Assembly (NCBI GenBank): GCA_017433945.1
Contig: JAFRGH010000062.1
Location: 1-40,880 of the forward strand
Source: Mogibacterium sp.
Lineage (GTDB): Bacteria > Bacillota > Clostridia > Peptostreptococcales > Anaerovoracaceae
DNA: 40,880 nt
Direction: 5' to 3'
A program made the translations under genes and the position numbers. A model generated the notes under the pieces. The model saw only the letters and a program-made list of their open reading frames with translations, made no database searches and was not told the DNA's origin. Below are positions 9,465-16,491 of this stretch, piece after piece. Within the stretch, counting starts at the first letter, position 1; each line of letters begins with the position of its first letter.

Positions 9465-9694
9465 TGATGCAATAAAACGCGGTGCTTGCGTGTTTCCTTA
9501 ATAGAAGGGCAAGAGAGAATAAAGAGCTCTTCAGGAAAAACGAAATAATGGGCGCAAGATAGCTGCGGGTGATGGAAAGATAGAGTTAAAACCTGTAGAA
9601 TAAAAAGTGCAGAGTATTTGATCCCGACCGGCGGGCTGCATTACAGGATAACACTTTCCGGAGCATCACATTTGAAAAGGTATGACGGTTAAGG

Positions 9695-10249
9695 ATGCAC
9701 GCAGCAGATCTTGATGAAAATTTAATATTACTCATGGCCAACGGTGACGGCAATGCGTTCACTGAGTTCTATAATCAGACATCCAGCATAGTATACGGAT
9801 TTGCGCTCTCGATTTTAAGAAACAAACAGGATGCAGAAGACGTTATGCACGACGCATTCATCAAGGCGTATACGAGTGCTGTCACCTACAGACCGATGGG
9901 TAAGCCGATGGCCTGGATGCTCACGATAGTGAAGAATCTGTGCTATAACCGGATCCGTTCAGGAAGGATATTCGAAGATATAGACGAATATGAGGATGCG
10001 GCTGTAAGCGATGAACTGCAGGACACGGTAACAGACAAGGCCATATTGCAGCAGGCCTTGAAAATACTGGACGCAGAGGAGCGTCAGATAGTGACTCTCT
10101 ACTCGGTAACGGGGCTTAAGCACCGTGAGATAGCCGAGATTATGGAAATGCCGACAGGAACGGTGCTCTCCAAGTACAACAGGGCACTGGCCAAGATGAG
10201 AAAGGAACTTACCGGCGATGGAGGAAAAGGAAAGGGGGGAAGAAAATGA
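9695..10249 (+). CDS. ECF-type RNA polymerase sigma-70 family factor
   Basis: 184-aa ORF with a region 2-like segment (DAEDVMHDAFIKAY...MAWMLTIVKNLCYN) and a region 4 HTH (LKHREIAEIMEMPTGTVLSKYNRALAKMRKEL). The stop overlaps the next start (ATGA). Confidence 0.88.
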   Translation: MHAADLDENLILLMANGDGNAFTEFYNQTSSIVYGFALSILRNKQDAEDVMHDAFIKAYTSAVTYRPMGKPMAWMLTIVKNLCYNRIRSGRIFEDIDEYEDAAVSDELQDTVTDKAILQQALKILDAEERQIVTLYSVTGLKHREIAEIMEMPTGTVLSKYNRALAKMRKELTGDGGKGKGGRK

Positions 10250-11793
10250 CTTACAACAGAGACGAGATCACTAATGAAATCATTACAAAGTCTCTGGCGG
10301 ACGCCATTGAAGATTCCACCCCTGACATACTTAAGAGCCTCCGCGCAGAGCTTAATATAGACAGCAATGCTGTTAAGATGGCAAATGAAGGATCTGCTTC
10401 AGAGAGAGCTGCAGCTTACAAGCCTGTGAGGGCAAAGAACGCGGCAGCGCCTGAGAGGTCTGAACAGGAAGGAATTTCAGGCAGACAGGCTGCAAAGATG
10501 AGGTCAGTCGTATATAAGGCGGCCAGCTGCGCAGCAGCGCTGATAGTTCTTGCAGGCGGCGTATCGCTTGTCAACAGAACAGGTCCGGCATTCGCGGTAG
10601 TCGGGCTCGATGTCAATCCGGGCATTGAGATTACGATAGATAAGAATGAGAAAGTTATCTCAGCAGAGGCGGTCAATGAAGAGGGACAACATATCCTTTC
10701 GGATTTGAAAATTGAGAAATCCAACGTCAATTCAGCGTGCGACGAAGTAGTCGAGGCGATGATGGACGAAGGCTATCTCACCGACACATCCAATTCCGTT
10801 CTGCTCTCGGTCAGGGCTGATGATCCTGACAAGGGCAGGGAAATCGAAAAAGAGATTTCGGAAAACCTGAACGGGTTCCTGGAGGATTCCGATATCTCCC
10901 CGGCTATATTCGGCCAGTTTGTCGAAACGGACGACGAACTTAATGAGTTTGCAGGAACCCATGGAATCTCGATAGGCAAGGCGTGGCTGATACGCAAGCT
11001 CACGGATGAAGAAGATTTGAGCGTAACGTCGGATTCGCTGCTCGGACTGTCCACACAGGAACTTGTCCTACTCGGCCAGGACAGGAGCGTCAGTACCGGA
11101 ACCTCTTACGGAACCCCGAATACCAGTAAGTATGTCGGTACGGACAGCGCTTTGATAGCTGCTCTGGAGGCTGCAGGACTGAACAGGGAAGACGCACAGA
11201 ACGTTAAGGTCAAATTCAGCTGTGAGAACGGATCGATCGTATATTCAGTCGGTTTCGATGCGAATAGCTGCATTTACGGATTCAATGTTGATGCACTCAC
11301 CGGGATGGTGATGTTACATGACAGCGTGATCCCGGGTGTATCAGCCGAATCGCCTGCTGGGATCGGTCAGATGGCCGATGCGATCGATAGCTTGAATTTT
11401 AACTCATCAGGCCAGGATGCTCAGAACAATACTGAACATCAGAATACATCAGGAAACTCCGGGAACAGCGGTTCCGGAACAGAAAATGACAATAACGGAG
11501 CATCAAACCCGGGTGAGATCACGGGGGATGCGCAGGACATCGAAGATACAGATCCCGATGATAAACCGGGAGATATCAGCGGAGATGTTGAAGATATAGA
11601 TGATGAAACAGGCGATGTACCGGGCGAAAACGACAGTTCGGAGCAGGATGAACCTCAATCTGACATCGTCCCTGAGGTAAAAAAGGAAAGCGGTAATACT
11701 ACTGAAGCTTCAGATAAAACGGATTCTGCGGATACAAAAAAAGAATCTGAAGCAAAAACGCTAAATAAATCAGATAAAGAATCTGATTTATAA
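10246..11793 (+). CDS. Membrane anti-sigma factor with an extracytoplasmic PepSY-like domain and an acidic low-complexity tail
   Basis: 515-aa ORF translationally coupled to the sigma gene. It has a single TM helix (VVYKAASCAAALIVLAGGVSLV) and the segment DVNPGIEITIDKNEKVISAEAVNEEG typical of clostridial anti-sigma proteins. A PepSY-like stretch (ALIAALEAAGLNREDAQNVKVKF...YSVGF...GFNVDALTGMV) and a D/E/S/G-rich C-terminus follow. Confidence 0.75.
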   Translation: MTYNRDEITNEIITKSLADAIEDSTPDILKSLRAELNIDSNAVKMANEGSASERAAAYKPVRAKNAAAPERSEQEGISGRQAAKMRSVVYKAASCAAALIVLAGGVSLVNRTGPAFAVVGLDVNPGIEITIDKNEKVISAEAVNEEGQHILSDLKIEKSNVNSACDEVVEAMMDEGYLTDTSNSVLLSVRADDPDKGREIEKEISENLNGFLEDSDISPAIFGQFVETDDELNEFAGTHGISIGKAWLIRKLTDEEDLSVTSDSLLGLSTQELVLLGQDRSVSTGTSYGTPNTSKYVGTDSALIAALEAAGLNREDAQNVKVKFSCENGSIVYSVGFDANSCIYGFNVDALTGMVMLHDSVIPGVSAESPAGIGQMADAIDSLNFNSSGQDAQNNTEHQNTSGNSGNSGSGTENDNNGASNPGEITGDAQDIEDTDPDDKPGDISGDVEDIDDETGDVPGENDSSEQDEPQSDIVPEVKKESGNTTEASDKTDSADTKKESEAKTLNKSDKESDL

Positions 11794-11820
11794 ATAAACA
11801 GAGCAAGTTGTTAAAGGATT

Positions 11821-11940
11821 CAGCGCACGGTCATCCGACCGAAAACAAAATATCAGAGAGTATCACCATATGCAATCTGAAACAATCCAATAATGTCTCC
11901 TCCTTACATTTACATACATAGAAGGATGACCGGTGCGCTG
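11821..11940. repeat. Inverted repeat (16/17 nt arms) bracketing about 88 nt
   Basis: CAGCGCACGGTCATCC (11821-11836) pairs with GGATGACCGGTGCGCTG (11924-11940), leaving one bulged base. Confidence 0.85.
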
Positions 11941-11971
11941 ATATCGACATAATTGCTTAAGACAGATCACC

Positions 11972-12007
11972 GAAAAGACCGGCTGTGCTGCACAGACCGG
12001 TCTTTTC
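11972..12007. terminator. Bidirectional-looking intrinsic terminator
   Basis: GAAAAGACCGG CTGTG ctg CACAG(A)CCGGTCTTTTC. The stem is flanked by an A-run on the 5' side and a T-run on the 3' side. Confidence 0.7.
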
Positions 12008-12187
12008 CCTGTGTTAGCCTGACTTAATGCTTCGTCAATAAAGATTAAAGGGCGAATAGCTTTTTTTTATAATTATGCGGGTAAACTTGTTGGTATAATT
12101 GACAGGCAAGGTTTTATCTGCTGCTTCATAAACAGATAGCTTAGCAGAATACCAAGACTACAGATATTTAATCGGGAGGAAGAAATC

Positions 12188-12604
12188 ATGTCAATTGAAC
12201 TGGAATATGCATTAGAGCATAAGAATGATCCTGCTGTACTTTGCTGCAGAATGGAAGGCGGAAACGAGATCACACATCACAATCTGGAAGACCCTGCTAT
12301 TTTCCCTGATCTGGTAGATACAGGACTTCTTAAGCTTGATGGATGCCTGACTATCGCTCAGGTTCTCGGCGCAACACTTAAGGAGACTTCGGATTCCCTG
12401 ACTCCACTTACAGAGGCTATCGTAGACAATATACAGGATCCTGAAGCTGCAGGCGGTGAAGAGGCTCCTGCTGAAGAGGCTGAGGCTCCGGCAGCCGCAC
12501 CTGCTGTCGCAGTTCCTGCAGGAACACAGATGACATTCTCAGGCGGAGTAGTTAAGCTCTATATCGCAGAGGGCAAGGACATCGCGATCGAGTTCCCGGT
12601 ATAA
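12188..12604 (+). CDS. Hypothetical 138-aa acidic protein with a Pro/Ala/Glu-rich linker
   Basis: ATG preceded by GGGAGGAAG. The codon style looks like that of highly expressed genes. The N-terminal domain of about 95 aa contains a CC pair (VLCCRMEGG). It is followed by the linker EAAGGEEAPAEEAEAPAAAPAVAVPAG and a 25-aa C-terminal beta-like segment. I recognise no family. Confidence 0.7.
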   Translation: MSIELEYALEHKNDPAVLCCRMEGGNEITHHNLEDPAIFPDLVDTGLLKLDGCLTIAQVLGATLKETSDSLTPLTEAIVDNIQDPEAAGGEEAPAEEAEAPAAAPAVAVPAGTQMTFSGGVVKLYIAEGKDIAIEFPV

Positions 12605-12633
12605 TATAGAAGCCGTAAGCTTGATTATAGGAA

Positions 12634-12717
12634 CCGTCTCTATAGAGACGGGATGATCCCTCTTATAAAACAGATGATTGGCAGAGGTATTTATAGTTTG
12701 GCTATGGATACCTCTGC
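12634..12717 (+). other. Two intergenic hairpins between the 138-aa ORF and the reductase gene
   Basis: Perfect palindrome CCGTCTCTATAGAGACGG (12634-12651), and a 10-bp stem GCAGAGGTAT/ATACCTCTGC with a 17-nt loop (12681-12717). Neither has a clear T-tract. Confidence 0.6.
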
Positions 12718-12785
12718 TGTTGTAGATTGATGCGGATATTATATGCTGATAATTGATGCAATAGATCAGAGTAATAATTGAGGAG

Positions 12786-13943
12786 ATGAAAATGGAACTT
12801 ATCAAGGATCTGCCTGCAGTATTTGATGAATTTGCAGAGGCAAGAAGAAACGCGTTCGTAAATGTAAAAAAGGTAAAGGATCAGGGGATCCCTGTTATTG
12901 GATCCTACTGCACATATTTCCCTACAGAGATCGCTCTGGCTGCCGGAGCGGCACAGGTAGGACTCTGCTCGACATCCGGTGAGACTATCCCGGCTGCCGA
13001 AAAGGATCTCCCTGCAAACCTCTGCCCGCTGATCAAATCCAGCTACGGATTTGCCAAAGAGGACAAGTGCCCGTTCTTCTATTTCAGTGATATCGTTATT
13101 GGTGAAAACACCTGTGACGGTAAGAAAAAAATGTATGAGCTGATGGGCGATTTTAAGGATGTATTCGTAATGGATCTGCCTAATTCGCAGAGCGAGAAAG
13201 GTCTTGAGCTCTATAAGGCAGAATGCCTCAGGCTCAAGGAGTACATTGAAAAGAAATTTGAGATCACCATAACAGATGATGATCTCCGCAAGGCTGTCAA
13301 GCTCGAGAACGAGATAAGAATAGCAAAGAAGCATCTTATCGATACAATGAAGAACGATCCGTGCCCTGTATCGGGACTCGATATGTTCAAGGTGCTCTAC
13401 GGCAGCGGATTCAAGTTTGACCGCACAGGCATAGCAGAGGAGATGTATGCTGTTGCCGATAAGATCGAAAAGGAATACGCAGAGGGTAAGAAGCTCGATA
13501 AGAGACCTCGCATAGTAATCACGGGATGCCCTATCGGAGGAGTTACCGAAAAGGTGATCTCCGCTGTGGAGGACAACGGCGGCGTCGTAGTTGCTATGGA
13601 GAACTGCGTCGGAGCCAAGCAGTATGACAGACTCGTAGATGAGAATGCCGAGGATATCTGGGGCGCTCTTGCGGAGAGATATCTCAATATCGGATGCTCT
13701 GTCATGACGCCTAACCCTAACCGCTATGACCTGCTCGGCAGGATTATCGATGAATACAAGGCTGACGGTGTTCTCGAGATGACACTGCAGGCATGCCACA
13801 CCTACAATGTTGAGCACAAATCCATCGAGAGATTCTGCACAGAGCAAAAAAATACTCCGTATTTCATGGTAGAGACAGACTACTCGACTGCGGATGTAGC
13901 TCAGCTGAATACTCGTATTGCCGCATTTATCGAAATGCTGTAG
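12786..13943 (+). CDS. Double-cubane-cluster-containing anaerobic reductase (2-hydroxyacyl-CoA dehydratase D-component / YjiM family)
   Basis: 385-aa ORF with SD GAGGAG. Family-typical Cys-containing motifs: GSYCTYFPTE, VGLCSTSG, NLCPLIKSSYGF, DKCPFFYFSD, GENTCDGKKKMYE, ITGCPIGG and LQACHTYN. Confidence 0.8.
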   Translation: MKMELIKDLPAVFDEFAEARRNAFVNVKKVKDQGIPVIGSYCTYFPTEIALAAGAAQVGLCSTSGETIPAAEKDLPANLCPLIKSSYGFAKEDKCPFFYFSDIVIGENTCDGKKKMYELMGDFKDVFVMDLPNSQSEKGLELYKAECLRLKEYIEKKFEITITDDDLRKAVKLENEIRIAKKHLIDTMKNDPCPVSGLDMFKVLYGSGFKFDRTGIAEEMYAVADKIEKEYAEGKKLDKRPRIVITGCPIGGVTEKVISAVEDNGGVVVAMENCVGAKQYDRLVDENAEDIWGALAERYLNIGCSVMTPNPNRYDLLGRIIDEYKADGVLEMTLQACHTYNVEHKSIERFCTEQKNTPYFMVETDYSTADVAQLNTRIAAFIEML

Positions 13944-14037
13944 AACACTTATCAGATTTTTCAACTGTATGATATGTGCGTATAGGCGAAATTGATAATA
14001 ACTCCGATTGAGAGTTAAGTACCTCTATGATAAACTA

Positions 14038-14063
14038 TGTGTGCTGCGGTCCCGCAGCACACA
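14038..14063 (+). terminator. GC-rich hairpin, either the terminator of the reductase gene or a 5' leader element of the riboswitch
   Basis: TGTGTGCTGCG g tc c CGCAGCACACA, an 11-bp stem with no T-tract. It lies 95 nt after the TAG stop and immediately 5' of riboswitch P1. Confidence 0.35.
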
Positions 14064-14065
14064 TC

Positions 14066-14279
14066 ATATCCGGTGCCGGGTCTTTGCCTCATGCTTAGAG
14101 GCGAAGGCAGGGTCAAAAGGGAAACAGGTGAGAATCCTGTACGATCGCGTCACTGTGACAGTGTAGTGTCAGCCATGATGTCACTGCAGCAGATATCCCT
14201 GACGGTCGCAAGACAGGGATGCAGGCTGCGGGAAGGCGGCTGCCACGTTGATGCTGGAGCCAGGAAACCTGCCGGATAT
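14066..14279 (+). promoter_or_regulatory. Cobalamin (B12) riboswitch aptamer
   Basis: P1 pairing ATATCCGG (14066-14073) with CCGGATAT (14272-14279). Conserved core AAAAGGGAAACAGGTGAGAATCCTGT...CGCGTCACTGTGA (14115-14158). B12 box GAGCCAGGAAACCTGCC (14257-14273). A platform of about 170 nt precedes the 14453 start. Confidence 0.9.
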
Positions 14280-14452
14280 AAGGGTACAGGCTAAGGGACT
14301 AGCCGGGCCACGCGGGATTGGCCGTACCGTAAACAGCATATAGTGTTGATTTATGGTGCCTTCTTTTCCATATGGGTCTTTCCGTAAGATCCGCAAGAAA
14401 TGAGGCGCTTTTTATTCCGTAATCATTTTAGTTTGAAAATGAGTATATCAGA

Positions 14453-15445
14453 ATGAAAAAGAAAATTTTGGTGCTTCTTCTCGGACTCTCGATGATCATG
14501 ATGTTTGCATTTGCGACCGGATGCAGCAAGCAGGAGTCAGAGCCTGAAGAGGCAGAAACAGAAGAAACCGCAGATGCAGAAGCAGAAGACGACGAAAACT
14601 ACGAGACAGGAGATGCATCATTGGACAACCCGAGAAACCAGGATGAGATCGGTGAAAACGAACTGCTTGTCGTAAGCTTCGGAACAAGCTTTAATGACAG
14701 CCGCCGCCTTACCATCGGCGCTGTTGAGCAGGCTATCGAAGATGCTGTAGGCGATACCTACAGTGTGCGCAGAGGCTTCACCGCGCAGATCATTATCGAT
14801 CACATAATGAAGAGAGATAAGGTAAAGATAGACAATGTCACAGAAGCTCTCGACAGAGCCGTAGACAACGGAGTAAAGACACTTGTCGTTCAGCCGACAC
14901 ACCTCATGAACGGACTTGAATATGACGAGCTCAAGGAGACACTTGCCGGATACGCTGATTCATTCGATAAAATCGCAGTAGGCGAACCGCTGCTGACATC
15001 GGACGATGATTTCAGCAGAGTTGCAGATGCCATGATCAACGCAACAAAGGACTATGACGACGGCGAGACGGCTATCGTATTTATGGGTCACGGTACAGAA
15101 GCAGAGTCCAACGCGATCTACGAAAAGATGCAGGGCGTAAGGGATGACAAGAGCATGACGAACTACTTCATCGGAACAGTTGAAGCGACTCCATCGCTCG
15201 AGGATGTCATGGCTGCAGTAGGAAAGGGTGAATACAAGAGAGTCATACTGAGACCTATGATGGTAGTTGCGGGTGACCTTGCAAACAACGACATGGCTTC
15301 ACCTGACGATCCTGAATCATGATATTCGCAGTTCAAAGAGGCCGGCTATGACGTAGAGTGCGTTCTTGAAGGCCTCGGACAGATACCGGCAGTTCAGAAG
15401 CTCTACGTTGAGCATGCTCAGGCTGCTATCGAATCTGTTAAGTAA
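14453..15445 (+). pseudogene. cbiK: Exported (lipobox) CbiK-like sirohydrochlorin cobaltochelatase homologue, interrupted by an in-frame TGA at 15320-15322 (or mis-sequenced)
   Basis: Signal peptide plus lipobox MKKKILVLLLGLSMIMMFAFATGC, then an acidic linker. CbiK-family blocks follow: LLVVSFGTSFND, VVQPTHLMNGLEYDEL, VFMGHGT, GTVEATP and MVVAGDLANNDMA. The frame continues after the TGA for 40 codons (YSQFKEAGYDVECVLEGLGQIPAVQKLYVEHAQAAIESVK, TAA at 15443-15445). This matches the CbiK C-terminus. Confidence 0.8.
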
Positions 15446-15532
15446 CGTCAGCGGGCGGAACATCTGCTTTTCAGATAGTTGACGGATAAGTGCTATGGGT
15501 AAATACAGATCAATATCGATGTATAAAATAAT

Positions 15533-16417
15533 ATGAATATTAAAAAAACTAAATCCATTACGATCCTGCTGATCCTGACGCTGCTGCTGACTCTATCTGC
15601 GTGCGGAGCTCCATCCGAAAGCGCGGAGCAGGAAGAGAGCAGTGACCGGGTCGCTTCGGCGGAGGAAATGACGGATGTCGATGAAGTCGGATATGAGGGC
15701 ATGACAGCTGTCGCAGCTGATCAGCTGAACGATGGCAGCTATGATATAAGTGTTGAATCCAGCTCTTCTATGTTCAATATCGAGGCCTGCAGGCTCACGG
15801 TCAAAGACGGTAAAATGACTGCTGTCATGACTATGGGCGGTACAGGCTACAGATACATAACGATGGCATCTGCTGAAGAGGCGGCAAAGGCTGACGAATC
15901 GGAATATATTTATCCTGAAGAGGATGCGGAGGGGCGCCATACATATACCGTCTCGGTAGAGGCGCTGGATAAGGCGGTCAAATGCGCTGCGTTCAGCGAT
16001 AAAAAGGAAAAATGGTATGACAGGACGCTGGTATTCAGTTCATCAGCTCTGCCGCTCAGCGCATTCAGAGAAGGCGTGCTGACGACTCCGGCTGATCTTG
16101 ACATAGAAGACGGAGATCACGAGATCGGAGTAACTCTTTCCGGCGGTTCGGGAAGAGCGGGCGTGGACTCGCCTGCGCGTATCCGCAAGTCCGGAGACAG
16201 CTACGTAGCAGAGATCACATGGAGCAGTCCGCATTATGACTACATGATAGTAGACGGACAAAAGTATCTGCCGGTCAACGAAGACGGTAACTCTGTGTTT
16301 GAGATACCGGTCCTGTTCTTTGACAGGCCGATGCCTGTGATCGCAGATACAACTGCTATGAGTGAGCCTCACGAGATCGAATACACATTGCTGTTTGACT
16401 CGGGGTCGCTCAAATAA
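15533..16417 (+). CDS. Lipoprotein with two tandem homologous beta-sandwich (NEAT-like?) domains
   Basis: Signal peptide plus lipobox ...LLLTLSACG. There is an internal duplication: DGSYDISVESSSSMFNIEACRLTVKDGKMTAVMTM...WYDRTLVFSS aligns with DGDHEIGVTLSGGSGRAGVDSPARIRKSGDSYVAEITW...HEIEYTLLFDS. Confidence 0.8.
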   Translation: MNIKKTKSITILLILTLLLTLSACGAPSESAEQEESSDRVASAEEMTDVDEVGYEGMTAVAADQLNDGSYDISVESSSSMFNIEACRLTVKDGKMTAVMTMGGTGYRYITMASAEEAAKADESEYIYPEEDAEGRHTYTVSVEALDKAVKCAAFSDKKEKWYDRTLVFSSSALPLSAFREGVLTTPADLDIEDGDHEIGVTLSGGSGRAGVDSPARIRKSGDSYVAEITWSSPHYDYMIVDGQKYLPVNEDGNSVFEIPVLFFDRPMPVIADTTAMSEPHEIEYTLLFDSGSLK

Positions 16418-16428
16418 ACAAAAAAGAT

Positions 16429-16470
16429 ATGCAGCAGAGACTCTGCCTGTATAAGGGGTCTCTGCTGCAT
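16429..16470 (+). terminator. Intra-operon hairpin (attenuator or RNA-stability element)
   Basis: 13-bp perfect stem ATGCAGCAGAGAC/GTCTCTGCTGCAT with a 16-nt loop, 12 nt after the lipoprotein TAA. It is followed by TGTGTTAATAAA, a weak U-tract. Confidence 0.5.
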
Positions 16471-16491
16471 TGTGTTAATAAACATAATAAA

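Noticed and set aside
12702-13964. 420-aa minus-strand ORF antisense to the double-cubane reductase gene
   Set aside because: Same reasoning as above: the + strand frame has strong family motifs and an SD. The antisense product is low-complexity with no recognisable domain.
14037-14294. 85-aa + strand ORF, plus a 71-aa minus-strand ORF at 14181-14396
   Set aside because: Both lie inside the cobalamin riboswitch aptamer and platform. The sequence is explained by conserved RNA elements (P1, core, B12 box).
15320-15322. The TGA in the CbiK-like gene read as selenocysteine or as a TGA=Trp genetic code
   Set aside because: TGA terminates pcrA, ligA, mgtE, the sigma gene and several cbi genes, often in ATGA/TGATG overlaps with the next start, so the standard code applies. 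The aligned residue is Trp rather than Cys, so Sec is implausible. I see only a weak 6-bp hairpin (GAGGCC...GGCCTC) downstream, not a convincing SECIS.
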